DNA from: Octopus vulgaris
Taxonomy: Eukaryota
Assembly (NCBI GenBank): GCA_951406725.2
Contig: OX597821.1
Coordinates: forward strand, 111,786,001 to 111,850,000
Length of the DNA: 64,000 nucleotides
Direction of reading: 5' to 3'
The stretch's first letter is position 1. Every line of letters starts with the position of its first letter. Positions 14,665 to 27,949 of this stretch are shown here, piece by piece. Made by a program: the position numbers and the translations under genes. The notes beneath the pieces are model-generated. The model worked only from the letters and a program-made list of their open reading frames with translations, had not been told where the DNA came from and searched no databases.

Positions 14665-15377
14665 ATGCTTGTATGCTTATGTATATGTGTATACATAAGT
14701 ACACTCAGTACACTCAGTTAAATTAGATTATATTGGTTTCAACAAACGTTCAGCGGATTCGAACCAACAACTCCATTTTTGTTTTATCCAGACACATTTA
14801 ATTAATCATTTATCATTACAAAACCATCGTAAAAGTAATTTTTATGCTGTCTTTCTCTTTTGCTATTTATAAAAAGACTGAATTTATGCAACGTTATTCC
14901 AGAAATGAAATGAAATTGTAAATTAAGGTTGAACAATATGCAATGAAGCTGGACAGCAGATTGTATAAGAAAGACCGGAGATGGGTGAGGAACGTGGAAA
15001 ACAATAGAAACGAAACGCCTTAATTGCAATAATTATAATTTTAATGACGACTATAACAAGCATTGCACGTAATAACCGTACTAATCACAATAACAATAAC
15101 AATACCGAATCATGATGGCCGATTTGTTTATGAGTTGGGTGGGTGGCTTTGGGAAGAAGAAAACAAGCAACATGTTCAGAAATAAATTGAAACAAAAACA
15201 GGAAAAGCATTTCTTTTTCATTTTTAAACAATCTAGATTCATTCAGAAAGGAAGAGAAAGACCTTTGAGATGAGATGTGGCTAATCGCAGTGTATACACA
15301 CACACCGACACAAACAGACACTCGCACATGCGCATACATGTTTTTATTATGCATGTGTACATATATACTATGTGTGA

Positions 15378-15597
15378 GGCGGCGAGCTGGCAGAAACGTT
15401 AGCGCGCCGAACGAAAAGCTTAGCGGTATTTCGTCTGCCGTTACGTTCTGAGTTCAAATTCCGCCGAGGTCGACTTTGCCTTTCATCCTTTCGGGGTCGA
15501 TAAATAAAATATCAGTTTCGCACTGGGGTCGATATAATTGACTTAATCCCTTTGTCTGTCCCCTCTATATTTAGCCCCTTGTGGATAGTAAAGAAAT
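15378..15597 (+). mobile_element. tRNA-derived SINE family B with 16-bp TSD
   Basis: Head GGCGGCGAGCTGGCAGAA, B box GAGTTCAAATTCC, central GTCGACTTTGCCTTTCATCCTTTCGGGGTCGAT (Meta-domain-like, from memory). TSD ATATATACTATGTGTG at 15361-15376 and 15598-15613. Confidence 0.9.
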
Positions 15598-16067
15598 ATA
15601 TATACTATGTGTGTGTGTGTGTGTGTGTGTGTGTCAAATCTCGTTTTCCAGCGTTCATCATTTCACATTGTCTTGACTCAACAGCCCTCACCGTGTGCTT
15701 TTACTGTTTTGTTCTCACTGCCCTGTTCTTGTTAACACTTTCACCCTCCGCAAAAAATCACAAATTTTATTTAATTTGTTTTGCGGGAAGGACTGTTTTA
15801 ACGAAGTCGCGTCTTCTTCCTACCTTCGAAACGCGGAGTGGATAAAAGAGGGGACAACTCACGAAGGGAATGTTCTTTATGTTGTCTGTCTAGTTTCTCT
15901 GTTTATTTGTTTCTTTCGTTGTTCGAAAACAAGTTCGTTTTCTATGTTTTTGTTTTTATGTTCTCGTTTTTTCATTTTGTCTAAGATTTTTTGATGTCCT
16001 GACCCCATATATGCATGTATATATACATATATATGTAGGTATGTACATATATGTATGTATGTATGTA

Positions 16068-16149
<82 letters not shown>

Positions 16150-16153
<4 letters not shown>

Positions 16154-16460
16154 AAAATACAAAATGGGACAAGAACGCAAAACATCCGGACAACCAGGTT
16201 ATGCAAAAAGGAACAACAAAGCATCCAGATAGACGATACCAAAAAAACAAGGACGGGTCATTCGAAGCTTTTTATCCCCAGTCAAGATCCGGATCATCCT
16301 CGCAATTTCGGCTGATTAATCTTGAGATTGCTCCAATCTGGCCAGCCCCAAGGAAAAACTAAGTTAAGAGCATTAGATTCCTTGGAAAAAAAGCATCGAA
16401 TGTATACGAAAACAAGACGGCAAAACAGACGATGTTACACGTATATAAATACAAAAATAC
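16150..16460 (-). repeat. Microsatellite-embedded repeat family (relatives at 24095-24190, 35150-35405, 55120-55310)
   Basis: Shares the blocks CGAAA..AGGA..GACTG..CGAATGA..CGT and CATCCAGATAGACGA with the other copies. Confidence 0.6.
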
Positions 16461-16472
16461 ATTAAAAATAAC

Positions 16473-16545
<73 letters not shown>

Positions 16546-16654
16546 GGACATAACAACAAGCGTCTTTTGACTAAGGACGAATTGAATTCAGCTGGAAGTT
16601 TAGCTGTGGAAATGAAGCCTTACGGCAGAGGGAAGAATATCGATGTGACAGTGA

Positions 16655-16795
16655 CCACAGATACGTATGCCCTTAACGTAATTCTCGGGGAGATTCAGTG
16701 TGACAAAGCTGGCCCTTTGATATACAGATACAACAGAACAAAACGAGTGAGAGAAAGTTGTGGTGAAAGAGTACAGCAGGGTTCGCCACCAACCC
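16655..16795 (-). mobile_element. SINE family C internal fragment
   Basis: The reverse complement matches the middle of 29533-29900 (CTGTACTCTTTC..CTTTCTCTCACTC) and the body of 37747-38053 (AAAGGGCCA..TTAAGGG). Confidence 0.6.
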
Positions 16796-17026
16796 CTTCC
16801 TTTTTTACCCCTTTACTTTTACTCCCTCCCCTCACTTAACAGTCATTCAAATAGCTCTTTTGTCTTAATAACGGTCAATCACACAGTAATTTCCCTTTGT
16901 ATAACGGTCATTTGCGTAGCATTTTTTCCGATGACCAGATAACTGAAGAGATGGCGGCGTGGAATTCCACCTTGGCATCCGAAACTCGGAGTTTTATCAT
17001 GGCTACCGAATAATTGTCCCATATTA

Positions 17027-17082
<56 letters not shown>

Positions 17083-17918
17083 AACGACGGATTTCCACAC
17101 ACTTTCGGTCAACCATATTGACTGATCACGGACTTTAGTAGACGACACTTGCCCAATGTGCCGCGCATTCTGGCTGAACTCGAGACGTGTGATTGCAAAG
17201 CGAATTTCTTAATCACATTGCCATTCCTGCACCTACGATACACATACTCTTTTTTAATAGAGGGAGAAAAGTGTTTGTGTAACATTCAAGTTTGGTTCTT
17301 CTTGAGGCATCTGAAGACTAAGGCAGTGACTTTATGTTGGTATCGAAATCTGTTCGCAGAATCGTATTACCGTGAAACTTTTCCACTCTTCATCTCTAGC
17401 AGACGATAATAAACATAAAAAAATTCCAAATATCTTGTTTCCGTCTCACTGGTAATAATAAGCATAAAGCAAAAACAGAGATGTTGTCTCGGTGTCTCAC
17501 TAACGCTAATAAATATAGAGCAGAAACAACCTTTTAACTTTTATGGTACTATATATCGTTGCTATGTAAAAATGCAATGTGACAATGTAGTCTATAAAAC
17601 ATTCTACTAACTATAATAATGGTTGGTAACAATGGAAGAAGTGTTGCAAGACCTAATTTCATCTTTATTCAGTAGCACCTACATTCCACCTTCACTCCAT
17701 CCCATGGAATCAGCCAAATAAAAGGAGTCAAATATGACAGAAGAAAATCTTTAATTTTTGTTCTGCAACGTTGCTTAAATTGATCTAATTTTTCTGTTTA
17801 ATATCTTCATTGCTCTATGTAAATATTTTATTACATTTCATCTGGTTTTATTTCTCATTTTTAACATTCACCGTATCCGTTGATCCGAAATTTATATCTT
17901 CTTCTTCTTCTTCTTCTG

Positions 17919-17978
<60 letters not shown>

Positions 17979-18329
17979 GCATTCATGCTTCCTTTTCTTT
18001 TACTTTTTGTCTTCTAATGTAATGCTTGGGCTATTTAAATGGGACATATTTAAATAAAATAATAATTATCAAGATATTAATAAAATAAAAAAAGCAAGAA
18101 AGGAAAAGGTAAAACCGAAGAAGAAAAATTGACAATATTATCGTCAGCGTCAGTAGTTACAACAACAACGACAACAACCCGAAGAAAAGTAACTTCTTGG
18201 ACATTTGAGAACACACATTTTTGCATTTCCGCCGCAGGTAAAGATATGAAAAGCACAAAAAAAAATTGAGGAATGCTGTCGAGCTAAAATATGTGGAACA
18301 CTTTAACGAAAAACGACACTGAACGAGAG

Positions 18330-18388
<59 letters not shown>

Positions 18389-18828
18389 AATTGTTATTGA
18401 TTTTGGTGTAGTCCTAGATTCCATCTATGCAGTGTAGAAGATCGTTTACAAGAAATTTGAGATCGTTTTAACCTGGCATCTTTATTGTCTTTTACTAGCA
18501 GGCTTAGGAATTAATTCCAAGTAATAAGTGGTAGGTTGGCAGAAGGAATCAACAGACTAACGAACTAAATACCTCAAAATATTTAATTACTTTCCTCTAC
18601 GTTATGAGTTCTAATCCTGTTTTGTCTAGCTTGCTTTTAATTCTTCTGGGGTCGATAAAATTAGCAGCAGAGTTCTTGGCTGAAGGGTGCTGGTAGGGAA
18701 GATAGAGAACCTATAGATCAACTGCCTGGTTTTTCAGACTGCCCTTGTACAGTTTTCTGATCTTACTTTCATAATAATTGTCTGTTGGTGGTGGTGGTCT
18801 GCAGAATTAAATAAATAAAAAAAAAACT

Positions 18829-19821
18829 GTGAACGGCAAAGCAGAATTGGACACATGGACGTATATATTTAGTCGTGAACGGCAAAGCAGAATTGGACAC
18901 ATGGACGTATATATTTAGTCGTGAACGGCAAAGCAGATCTGAACACATGGACGTATATATTTAGTTGTGAACGGCAAATAGAATTGGACACATGGACGTA
19001 TATATTTAGTCGTGAACGGCAAAGCAGAATTGGACACGTGGACGTATATATTTAGTCGTGAACGGCAAAGCAGAATTGGACACGTGGACGTATATATTTA
19101 GTCGTGAACGGCAAAGCAGATCTGAACACATGGACGTATATATTTAGTTGTGAACGGCAAAGCAGAATTGGACACATGGACGTATATATTTAGTCGTGAA
19201 CGGCAAAGCAGAATTGGACACATGGACGTATATATTTAGTCGTGAACGGCAAAGCAGAATTGGACACATGGACGTATATATTTAGTCGTGAACGGCAAAG
19301 CAGAATTGGACACATGGACGTATATATTTAGTTGTGAACGGCAAAGCAGAATTGGACACATGGGCGTATATATTTAGTTGTGAACGGCAAAGCAGAATTG
19401 GACACATGGACGTATATATTTAGTTGTGAACGGCAAAGCAGAATTGGACACGTGGACGTATATATTTAGTCGTGAACGGCAAAGCAGAATTGGACACGTG
19501 GACGTATATATTTAGTCGTGAACGGCAAAGCAGAATTGGACACATGGACGTATATATTTAGTTGTGAACGGCAAAGCAGAATTGGACACATGGACGTATA
19601 TATTTAGTCGTGAACGGCAAAGCAGAATTGGACACGTGGACGTATATATTTAGTTGTGAACGGCAAAGCAGAATTGGACACATGGACGTATATATTTAGT
19701 TGTGAACGGCAAAGCAGAATTGGACACTTGGACGTATATATTTAGTCGTGAACGGCAAAGCAGAATTGAACACATGGACGTATATATTTAGTCGTGAACG
19801 GCAAAGCAGAATTGGATACAT
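18829..19821. repeat. Minisatellite, 46-bp unit, ~21.5 copies
   Basis: Unit GTGAACGGCAAAGCAGAATTGGACACATGGACGTATATATTTAGT(C/T), head-to-tail with no spacers. Confidence 0.97.
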
Positions 19822-20294
19822 CCCACTTACATGAAAGACAATTTAGTAATTTAAAACAAAAATGAAACCCGTCTGATGAAGAGTTATCAACCCTGAAATA
19901 TTTACGCCTAACTGTTAACCCTTTTGTCGTAAAGGTTAACCTTTAATGCGGAAATCAGATATAGTCACTCAATATTACATTAACTTAACAACGGTAAAGC
20001 AGTGTTATATACCAAACAGTCTTTAGTTGAGGAATGTCATGTTTCATTCAAACTATTTTTTGGTTGAGATATGTCAAGTTTATTGGAGTACGTGAATTGC
20101 AGAAAACACCAATTCTAACTTTTCTTACATTTTTTATATTTTTCTTGGTAAATATTTGATTTCATTATTGGAATAATCATGAAATTTATTTTCGCAGTTA
20201 AAGAGTTAAGCAATACATTTTAAACAAGGAACCAGCTTCTAAGTTAATATTTATTTCTAATGTTAAGCTTTCTGCACGTTTTTTTTACCCTATA

Positions 20295-20715
20295 ATCTTT
20301 TCTACTCTAGACACAAGGCCCGCAATTTTGGGGGAGGGGCCAGTCTATTAGATCGACCTCAACTGGTACTTAATTTATCGACCCCGAAAGGATGAAAGGA
20401 AAAGTCGACCTCGGCGGAATTTGAACTCAGAACGTAAAGACAGACGAAATGCCGCTAAGCATTTCACCCGGCATGCTAACGATTCTTATTTCTTTATTTC
20501 CCACAAGGGGCTACACATAGAGGGGACAAACAAGGGCAGACAAAGGGATTAAGTCGATTACATCGACCTCAGTGTGTAACTGGTACTTAATTTATCGACC
20601 CCGAAAGGATGAATGGCAAAGTCGATCTCGGCGGAATTCGAACTCAGAACGTAGACAGACGAAATACCGCTAAGCATTTCGCCAGGCGTGCTAACGTTTC
20701 TGCCAGCTCACCCAC
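20295..20715 (-). mobile_element. SINE family B, two tandem units
   Basis: Two copies of ATCGACCCCGAAAGGATGAA..GTCGA..GGCGGAATT.GAACTCAGAACG, with the head at the right end. Confidence 0.85.
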
Positions 20716-21006
20716 TTCGTCTTTTACTGTATGATAATTTGCTGCCAGTCATATAACTGCAAAGATGTACTATCTACCATGTCTACAATATTCCTTGCGA
20801 CACACAGTAGCATAACGTGTGTGTGTGTGTGTGTGTGTGAATGTATGTGTGAGTGTGTGTGTGCGTGTGTGTGTGTGTAATGCGGTTTCCATATAAATAC
20901 ATATCCTATTCATTCTATTCTTTTTATCTCTGAGTCTTCTGAATTCTAAACTGAGATGAAGTCCAAAGATTTCTTGTCCTGTTATAAATCTACTTTCTCT
21001 TTTTTC

Positions 21007-21044
<38 letters not shown>

Positions 21045-21765
21045 CTCCTCCTCTCTCTCTCTCTCTCTCTTTTATTTGACAACGACAGCTATCACAAACC
21101 AAGAATAAGCTCAAGATTTTTTCTTTCTCAAATGGACATTTGCTCAAAAGACGAACCCACCGTCTTTTTTTTTCTTCTTTTTTATCCTTTGTCAAGGATA
21201 CAATGTTTCGAAAGCAGATTAAATTTCTTTTCGGCAAGTTTTCTAAATTTGAAGAAAGATTTGGCAACTATGTTTAGATAACGGGAATCTGTAAAGTCTT
21301 TCTTTGTTGTAATTGTTGCTGTTTAGTAGTGTTGTCGTAGTAGCCATATTTTGTCCTTTATTAACAATAAACTCGAACGCTACTCTATATAAACTAACAC
21401 AATAAAGTACAACAGAACACTATATAAAGCCATAAAATACAAGAGAGTACAATAAGAATCGATACGTCGAGTCTTCAGTTCACTACAATACAAAATAATA
21501 CAATACATTATAACAAATAAATACTGAGAGCCATCTTGTTTTATTGTCTTCAATACAAGAATATATGTGATAGCGAAAGTAAATAAGTTTACAAAGGAAG
21601 TAATGAGAAACCACTAACAGTTAAGGACTTGATCGATAATTTTGGTCACTATTTTCAGATAATTACAAATAAGATCCCGAGAAACCAAATAGATATAAAA
21701 AAAAAATCGATGAAAAAAAATTACAGAAAATACGATTATATTGTATCATTATAAACAAAAGGGAA

Positions 21766-22480
21766 GGCGGCGAGCTGGTAGAATCGTTTGTTCGACCGGA
21801 GAAACGCTTGGCGGCATTTCATCCGTCCTTACGTTCTGAGTTCAAATTCCACCGAGGTCGACTTTGACTTTCATTCTTTCGGGGTTGATAAATTAAATAC
21901 CTGTTGCGTATTGGGGTCCATCTAATCGACTGGCCTCCTCCCCCAAAATTTTGGGCCTTGTGCCTAAAACAGAATTGATGTATAGACTTCCCCTTTCTTA
22001 AAAGTTGTTGGCTTTGAGCCAAAATTTTAAAAAAAAACAACTTATTGTTGTTATTATTATAAAAATAAATCAAGGTGGAGAGATGGCAGAATTGTTAGCA
22101 CGCCGGGCGAAATGCTCAGCGGTGTTTCGTCTGCCGCTACGTTCTGAGTTCAAATTCCACGGTGGTCGATTTTGCCTTTCATCCTTTCGGGGTCGATAAA
22201 TTAAGTATCCGTTGAGTACTGGGGTCGATGTAATCGACTATCCCCCTGCCCCAAATTTCAGGCCTTGTGCCTATGATAGAAAGAATTATTATAAAGATAA
22301 TTCGAGATGCCTGAATCGTTAGAACGCCGGGCAAAATGCTTAGCGGTAGTTCGTTCACTCTGAGTTCAAATTCCGCCGGCGTCGTCTTTGCCATTCATCC
22401 TTTCGGGGTCGATGTAATCGACTTACCTCTCTTTCTTCGAAATTTCTGATCTTCTGCCCAAACTTAAAACCATTATTATA
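21766..22480 (+). mobile_element. Cluster of three SINE family B copies
   Basis: Family B blocks start at ~21766, ~22072 and ~22310; two carry the GGCCTTGTGCCTA..AGAA tail. Confidence 0.8.
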
Positions 22481-22727
22481 CACAAATGGAAGGTAACTAG
22501 AGGGCAGAATAGTTAGTGCGTCGAACAAAAAGCATTTCTTTTGGCTCCTTAACTTTATTTCTTTGTCTGTCTGTCTGTCTTCGCTACCACCCTTGCCGTT
22601 TCTACGCCTGCTGTTACTCTCACCCCAACATGAGCAATAATAGGAGTGCCAATGAATAGTGAGAGAGGGGGGTTGAAACTAGTTTTCGCATTTATTGTAT
22701 TAGATATATATATATAAATGATATATA

Positions 22728-22766
<39 letters not shown>

Positions 22767-22795
22767 TTATATATATATGTGTGTGTGTATGTATG

Positions 22796-22839
<44 letters not shown>

Positions 22840-22864
22840 TATATATATATATATACATATATAC

Positions 22865-22895
<31 letters not shown>

Positions 22896-22908
22896 TATTA
22901 TTTATATC

Positions 22909-22941
<33 letters not shown>

Positions 22942-23480
22942 TATATACGACGGGCCATTTTCAGTTTTCATTTATGAAATCCAATAACAAAGCTTTTGTG
23001 GTTAGCTCAGGACTATAGTAGGAGACACTTGTCCAAGGAGCCATGCCAAAGAGAGAGAGAGAGAGGTGGGGGAGAGAGACGTATGCGAAATTTTTTAAAC
23101 CATTGCTTTCATCACATAACACCTAGCAAATATTTCCTCCGTCCGAGTTGCACATAAACTCCCCTGAAACCACCAATGATTGCTTCATTTGAAAATACGT
23201 TAGAAAAAAAAAAGGTGATCAACCGCTTCATGGTTACATCTCGTTAATGCCACAGGTTTCATCGTTTGTTCCGCTCCTTCTGCTAAAAATATATTTGACT
23301 GAGATTTTAATTTTCAATGTAATTCTTAAATTAGATTTTAAAATTCTGTGATTGCAGAAGCCGCTTTTGGGGAGGAGGTAGTGGTGGTGGTGGTGGTGGT
23401 GGTGGGAGGTGGCGTCGGTGGCGGTGGTGGTGGTGGTGGTAGATATAGTAGTAGTAGCAGCAGTAGCAACAGCAGTAAAA

Positions 23481-23850
23481 TCTCTCTATATATAAACGGC
23501 AGTTTGTCTGTGCGTGTTTCTGTGTGTCTGTTTGCTTGTACCCTCACCCTGACCACGGCTTTCAACCGATTCTGATGAAACTTGACACACACATAGCCCA
23601 ATGTCATAATTCAAAACTAACGCAGCGAAAATTTTGAAAAGTTCCCCCAGTTCTGAAAAAAATCGATAAAATCGACATGGGGTCGAGAATCAGAAACAAA
23701 CCACAGAATGTCTAGGGGACGCAACTCAACCTTTTTTAAGTAAAAAAAAATTTACCATAATTTTTTTGCTATTTTTTGGCTATAACTCTCTAAAAATGCT
23801 TTATAGTTATTTCCCTTACAAACCTGAGCAACGCCGGGCGATACTGCTAG
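23481..23850 (+). mobile_element. Non-autonomous Helitron (370 bp)
   Basis: A|TCTCTCTATATATAAAC 5' end; 3' hairpin CCTGAGCAACGCCGGG, then CGATACTGCTAG|T; no TSD. Confidence 0.85.
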
Positions 23851-24202
23851 TCTTTTATAAAAGTAATTTCAAAGACTCAAAAGAATATACGAAAATGAGT
23901 GCAGCTTCGTGATTTCTTTTAATATGGGCGCAGGCTATATTAAAGAAGATTGCTTTCAAACTGCGTGGTTCTGGGTTCAGTCCCACAACGTAGAACCTTG
24001 ATCAAGTTTCTTCTTCTATAGCCTTAGGTTAACCAAAGATTTCTGAGTGGATTTGGTAGACAGAAACTGAAAGAAGCCCGTCATGTATGTGTGTGTGTCG
24101 TCTATCTGGATGTTTTGTTGACCCTTTTTTGTATCACCTAACTCTCTGGATGTTTTGCGTTCTTGTCTCATCTTTGTATTTTTTATATATAAATGTAGAC
24201 AT

Positions 24203-24301
<99 letters not shown>

Positions 24302-24325
24302 CATACATATATATATATATAAATA

Positions 24326-24692
24326 CTAGCAGTATCGCCCGGCGTTGCTCGGGTTTGTAAGGGAAATAACTATAAAGCATTTTTAGAGAGTTATAGCCAA
24401 AAAATTGCAAAAAAATGGGAAAAAAATTATGGTAAATTTTTTTTGAGAGTTAAAAAGGTCGAGTTGCGTCCCCTAGACAGTCTGTGGTTTGTGTTTCTGA
24501 ATCTCGACCCCATGTCGAATTTATCGATTTTTTTCAGAACTGGGGGAACTTTTCAAAATTTTCGCTGCGTTAGTTTTGAATTATGACATTGGGCTATGTG
24601 TGTGTCAAGTTTCATCAGAATCGGTTGAAAGCCGTGGCCAGGGTGAGGGTACAACCTAACAGACACACAGACACGCAGACAGACAAACTGCT

Positions 24693-24700
<8 letters not shown>
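24326..24700 (-). mobile_element. Second copy of the same Helitron, inverted, inside a SINE A copy (head 23926-24085, tail 24750-24930)
   Basis: Reverse complement of 23481-23850 at high identity. Confidence 0.85.
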
Positions 24701-24737
<37 letters not shown>

Positions 24738-25374
24738 TGTGTGTGTATGCATGTTGCAACCTGTGTTGGTGTGTTTATGTCCCAGTAACTTATCGGTTCT
24801 GCGAAATGGGGCCAATAGAATAAATGACAGGCTTCAAAAACAAACAAAAAAAGTACTGGGGTCAATTCCTTCAACTGAAACTCTTCAAGGCGTTGCCCCA
24901 GCATGGCCATAGTCTAATGCCTGAAACATGAAAAAAAAAAAAGATAACAGATAAATTAAAAAAAAAAAAAAAGAAAAAGAAAAAAGAAAACGAACGTTAT
25001 TGCGATAATTTCAAATAACTTTGTCTTTTATATGTGGATACCGAAAACACATTATTCCTCATTTTCGGAAATATAAAGAAAAAAAATAATAATAAAATAA
25101 AATTTAATTCACCATATCTCAATATGGTGAACGATTATAATCGGAAAATAGCCTAAGATAAAATAGGAATAATAATAAAATAAAATAAAATTTGTAGGAA
25201 AAAAAAGTGTGTTGGTTTGTTTTTTTATTTTGAAATCTGAAATAACTTTGAAAATCTAAAATTTATTGCTAATTTTTTCTTTGAACTAGGAATAATTAAT
25301 ACAGCCATAAAAGACCTCCAGGAATTCGTTTGTATGTTAAAATATACAATAATTTTAAATTATGTTGCTTTTAG

Positions 25375-26050
25375 CTTAAATCAAGAGAAGGTACTGAGGA
25401 TCAGCTGGACTGTCCATTGAACAAACGAGTTCGTATGCAAAATGGACAGCAAAAGCGCTTCAAGGACAACAATCAAAGCCTCTCTGAATAGATTTGAGAT
25501 TAACCCCGCACAAGACCGGCCCTGCCTGGCGAAACTGCACCAACAGAGGTGCCACATCTTACGAATAGAACAGAATGGCAAGGACACAAAGAAAATGCGG
25601 ACTACGTTCATGCCTTATTTTCAGCCCCAGTAGACCTCATTCCCTCGCCAGGGTCTGACCAGCGGCGGAGCCTTCCGAGCACACACCGGACTGATTGGCC
25701 ACAGCCGGACCCACAGTGCCTCGTTTTCTCTTCCCATGTGATCTCCTTGGTCATCGTCGACAACGACGGACTAACTATTAATGATAGTATTTTAGGAAAT
25801 GGGAAGAAAAAGTGAATCTCTGGCAACCGTTAGAAATGGAAGGCTGCAGTATTTTGGGAATGTAACCAGGGCCCAGAACCTCAACAAGGGAGAAGAGCCA
25901 GTGGGAAGCGAGGAAGAAAGAGATGGAGAAAAGACAATGGCTGGATGGCATCAAAGAATGAACAAGAACAGCTCAAGTATGAGCAGAGGCACGAAGCGAC
26001 GGAGAGAGACAGTGCATGCACCCATAGTGCCCGTCCCCTGGCAATGAAGA
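25375..26050 (+). mobile_element. RTE (BovB-like) LINE 3' remnant interrupted by a second RTE 3' end (25437-25790)
   Basis: Outer element: KVLRISWT..TNEFV / EMGRKSESLATVRNGRLQYFGNVTRA..QWLDGIKE. Inner element: GQQKRFKD..KASL..DRPAWR with the terminus GTCATCGTCGACAACGACGGAC. Confidence 0.75.
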
Positions 26051-26548
26051 TTGAGAATAGACAAAACAAGACAAATAAAATAACAACGGAAAACAACGTA
26101 GATTCTTTCAAAAATTTCAAACTTTCGAAAGCATTTCAAAATTGAATTTGAATTTATTAAAACTGCTCCAAATTTGAGACAACAAATTTTTCTCATTTTC
26201 TCAATATGTTTACATAAACTATGGCCTTTGTCGCCTTTACCATTCTTCTGTAATTTTTCTTTTATTTGTTTTAGTCATTAGATAGCGGCCATGCTGGGGC
26301 ACCGGCTTCAAGAATTATAGTCGAATAAATCAACCTCAAAACTTTTTTTAAATCCTGGTGCTTATTCTATCGCTCGCTTTTGCCGAACCTCTTGTTTACG
26401 GGAACGTAAACACACCAACACAGGTTTTCAAGTGGTGATAGGGGACAAACAAAGGGACAAACACACGCAGCCACACACACACACACATAAAAATATGTAA
26501 GGATATTATTTTTAGCATTGCTGGTACTACCCTTGTACCCTTTTATTA

Positions 26549-26602
<54 letters not shown>

Positions 26603-26662
26603 GGGCTTCTTTCAGTTTCCGTCTACCAAATTTGGAAAACGGAAACTTAAAGAAGCCCGTCA

Positions 26663-26707
<45 letters not shown>

Positions 26708-27184
26708 GTGTGTATGTGTGCGTGTGTGCGTCTATGTTTATGTGGTTTGTTCCTTACCACCACTGACTACTGGCAACCGGTGTTGGTGGGTTTACATCCC
26801 CCGTAGCTGTTCAGTAAAAGAAACTGATAAAATCCGTGTGTGTATGTGTGTGTGTGTAACAAAAAAACATTAAGTACTGAGATCTATTCATTCGATTAGA
26901 ATTCTTCAAGGTGGTGCCCCAGCATGGCCGCAGTCTAAATGACTAAAGCAAATAAAAGAACAAAAGGAAAAAAATGTGACCGATCCCCTTTAGTGGTCAT
27001 AGTTTGCAATCCCTCCTCCGTCCTATCCCACCTCATGTACAACTTGATTGGTCAAGCGACAGCTGTCCGGGCTACAAAGACAAAGAGCATCTGGAGGATG
27101 CCAACCACCACGAACCACTTGGTAGACGCAAAGGGCAATCAAAGGGCAGCCCCTCGGGGGTTATTTCTTTTACGCTTTTCTTCT

Positions 27185-27670
27185 TCTGCTTGTTTCAGTC
27201 ATTTGACCGCGGCCATGGTGGAGCATCGCCCTTTAGTCAAGAACAAAACGAGCCTAGAACTTATTCTATCGGTTCTTTTGCCGAACTACTACGTTTCGGG
27301 GACGAAAACACACCAATACCACCTGTTAAGCGATGGCGGGGGAACAAACACACACACACACACACACACGCACACACACACACGCACACACACACACACA
27401 CACACGCACACACACACACGCACACACGCACACACGCACACACACACACACGCACACACACACACACGCATACACACACACACGCACACACACACATATA
27501 TGTATACGACGGGCTTCTTTCAGTTACCGTCTACCAAATCCACTCACATGGCTTTGGTAGGGCCCGAGGCTTTAGTTGAAGACACTTACCCAAGGTGCCA
27601 CACAGTGGAACTGAATCCGGAACCATGTGGTTGGGAAGCAAGCTCCTTACCACACAGCCACTCCTGCGCC
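27185..27670 (-). mobile_element. SINE family A
   Basis: Family A blocks on the minus strand, ending in CAGCCACTCCTGCGCC. Confidence 0.85.
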
Positions 27671-27887
27671 TCAGTCACTTTTTTTATTTATGGACCCCTT
27701 TGATTACTATTTTATTCCACTGAACCCCCATAGCCATTCAATGTTTAAAAACCAGTTTGATGGAAACTACTTTCAAAATTCCTATTTTGTTCTGTTGTGT
27801 CTGGCGGGAGAGCCATTTTCTTTTTGTGCCTTATTATTTAACACACTCACCGGTAGAATTTCCACTATTTTCTTGTTTTTAATTTTC

Positions 27888-27924
27888 CTAAAATTTCCGT
27901 TGCGTCTTGCAACCTTTTCAATAG
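27888..27924 (-). ncRNA. Variant minimal hammerhead-like motif (U3-A8 instead of C3-G8)
   Basis: Minus strand reads CTA-TTGAAAA-G-GTTGC-AAGAC-GCAAC-G-GAAA-TTT-TAG. Confidence 0.4.
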
Positions 27925-27949
27925 TCATGACTCTCCTATTTTGTTTATT

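Noticed and set aside
18205-18245. Recursive splice site (pyrimidine tract CAG|GTAAAG)
   Set aside because: The donor is weak and there is no evidence of a host transcript; such a match is expected by chance.
18829-19821. CRISPR array
   Set aside because: Units are contiguous and near-identical with no unique spacers, there are no cas genes, and the context is eukaryotic.
23570-23590. CTGATGA as a hammerhead core in the Helitron
   Set aside because: No stem II or separate GAAA arrangement follows.
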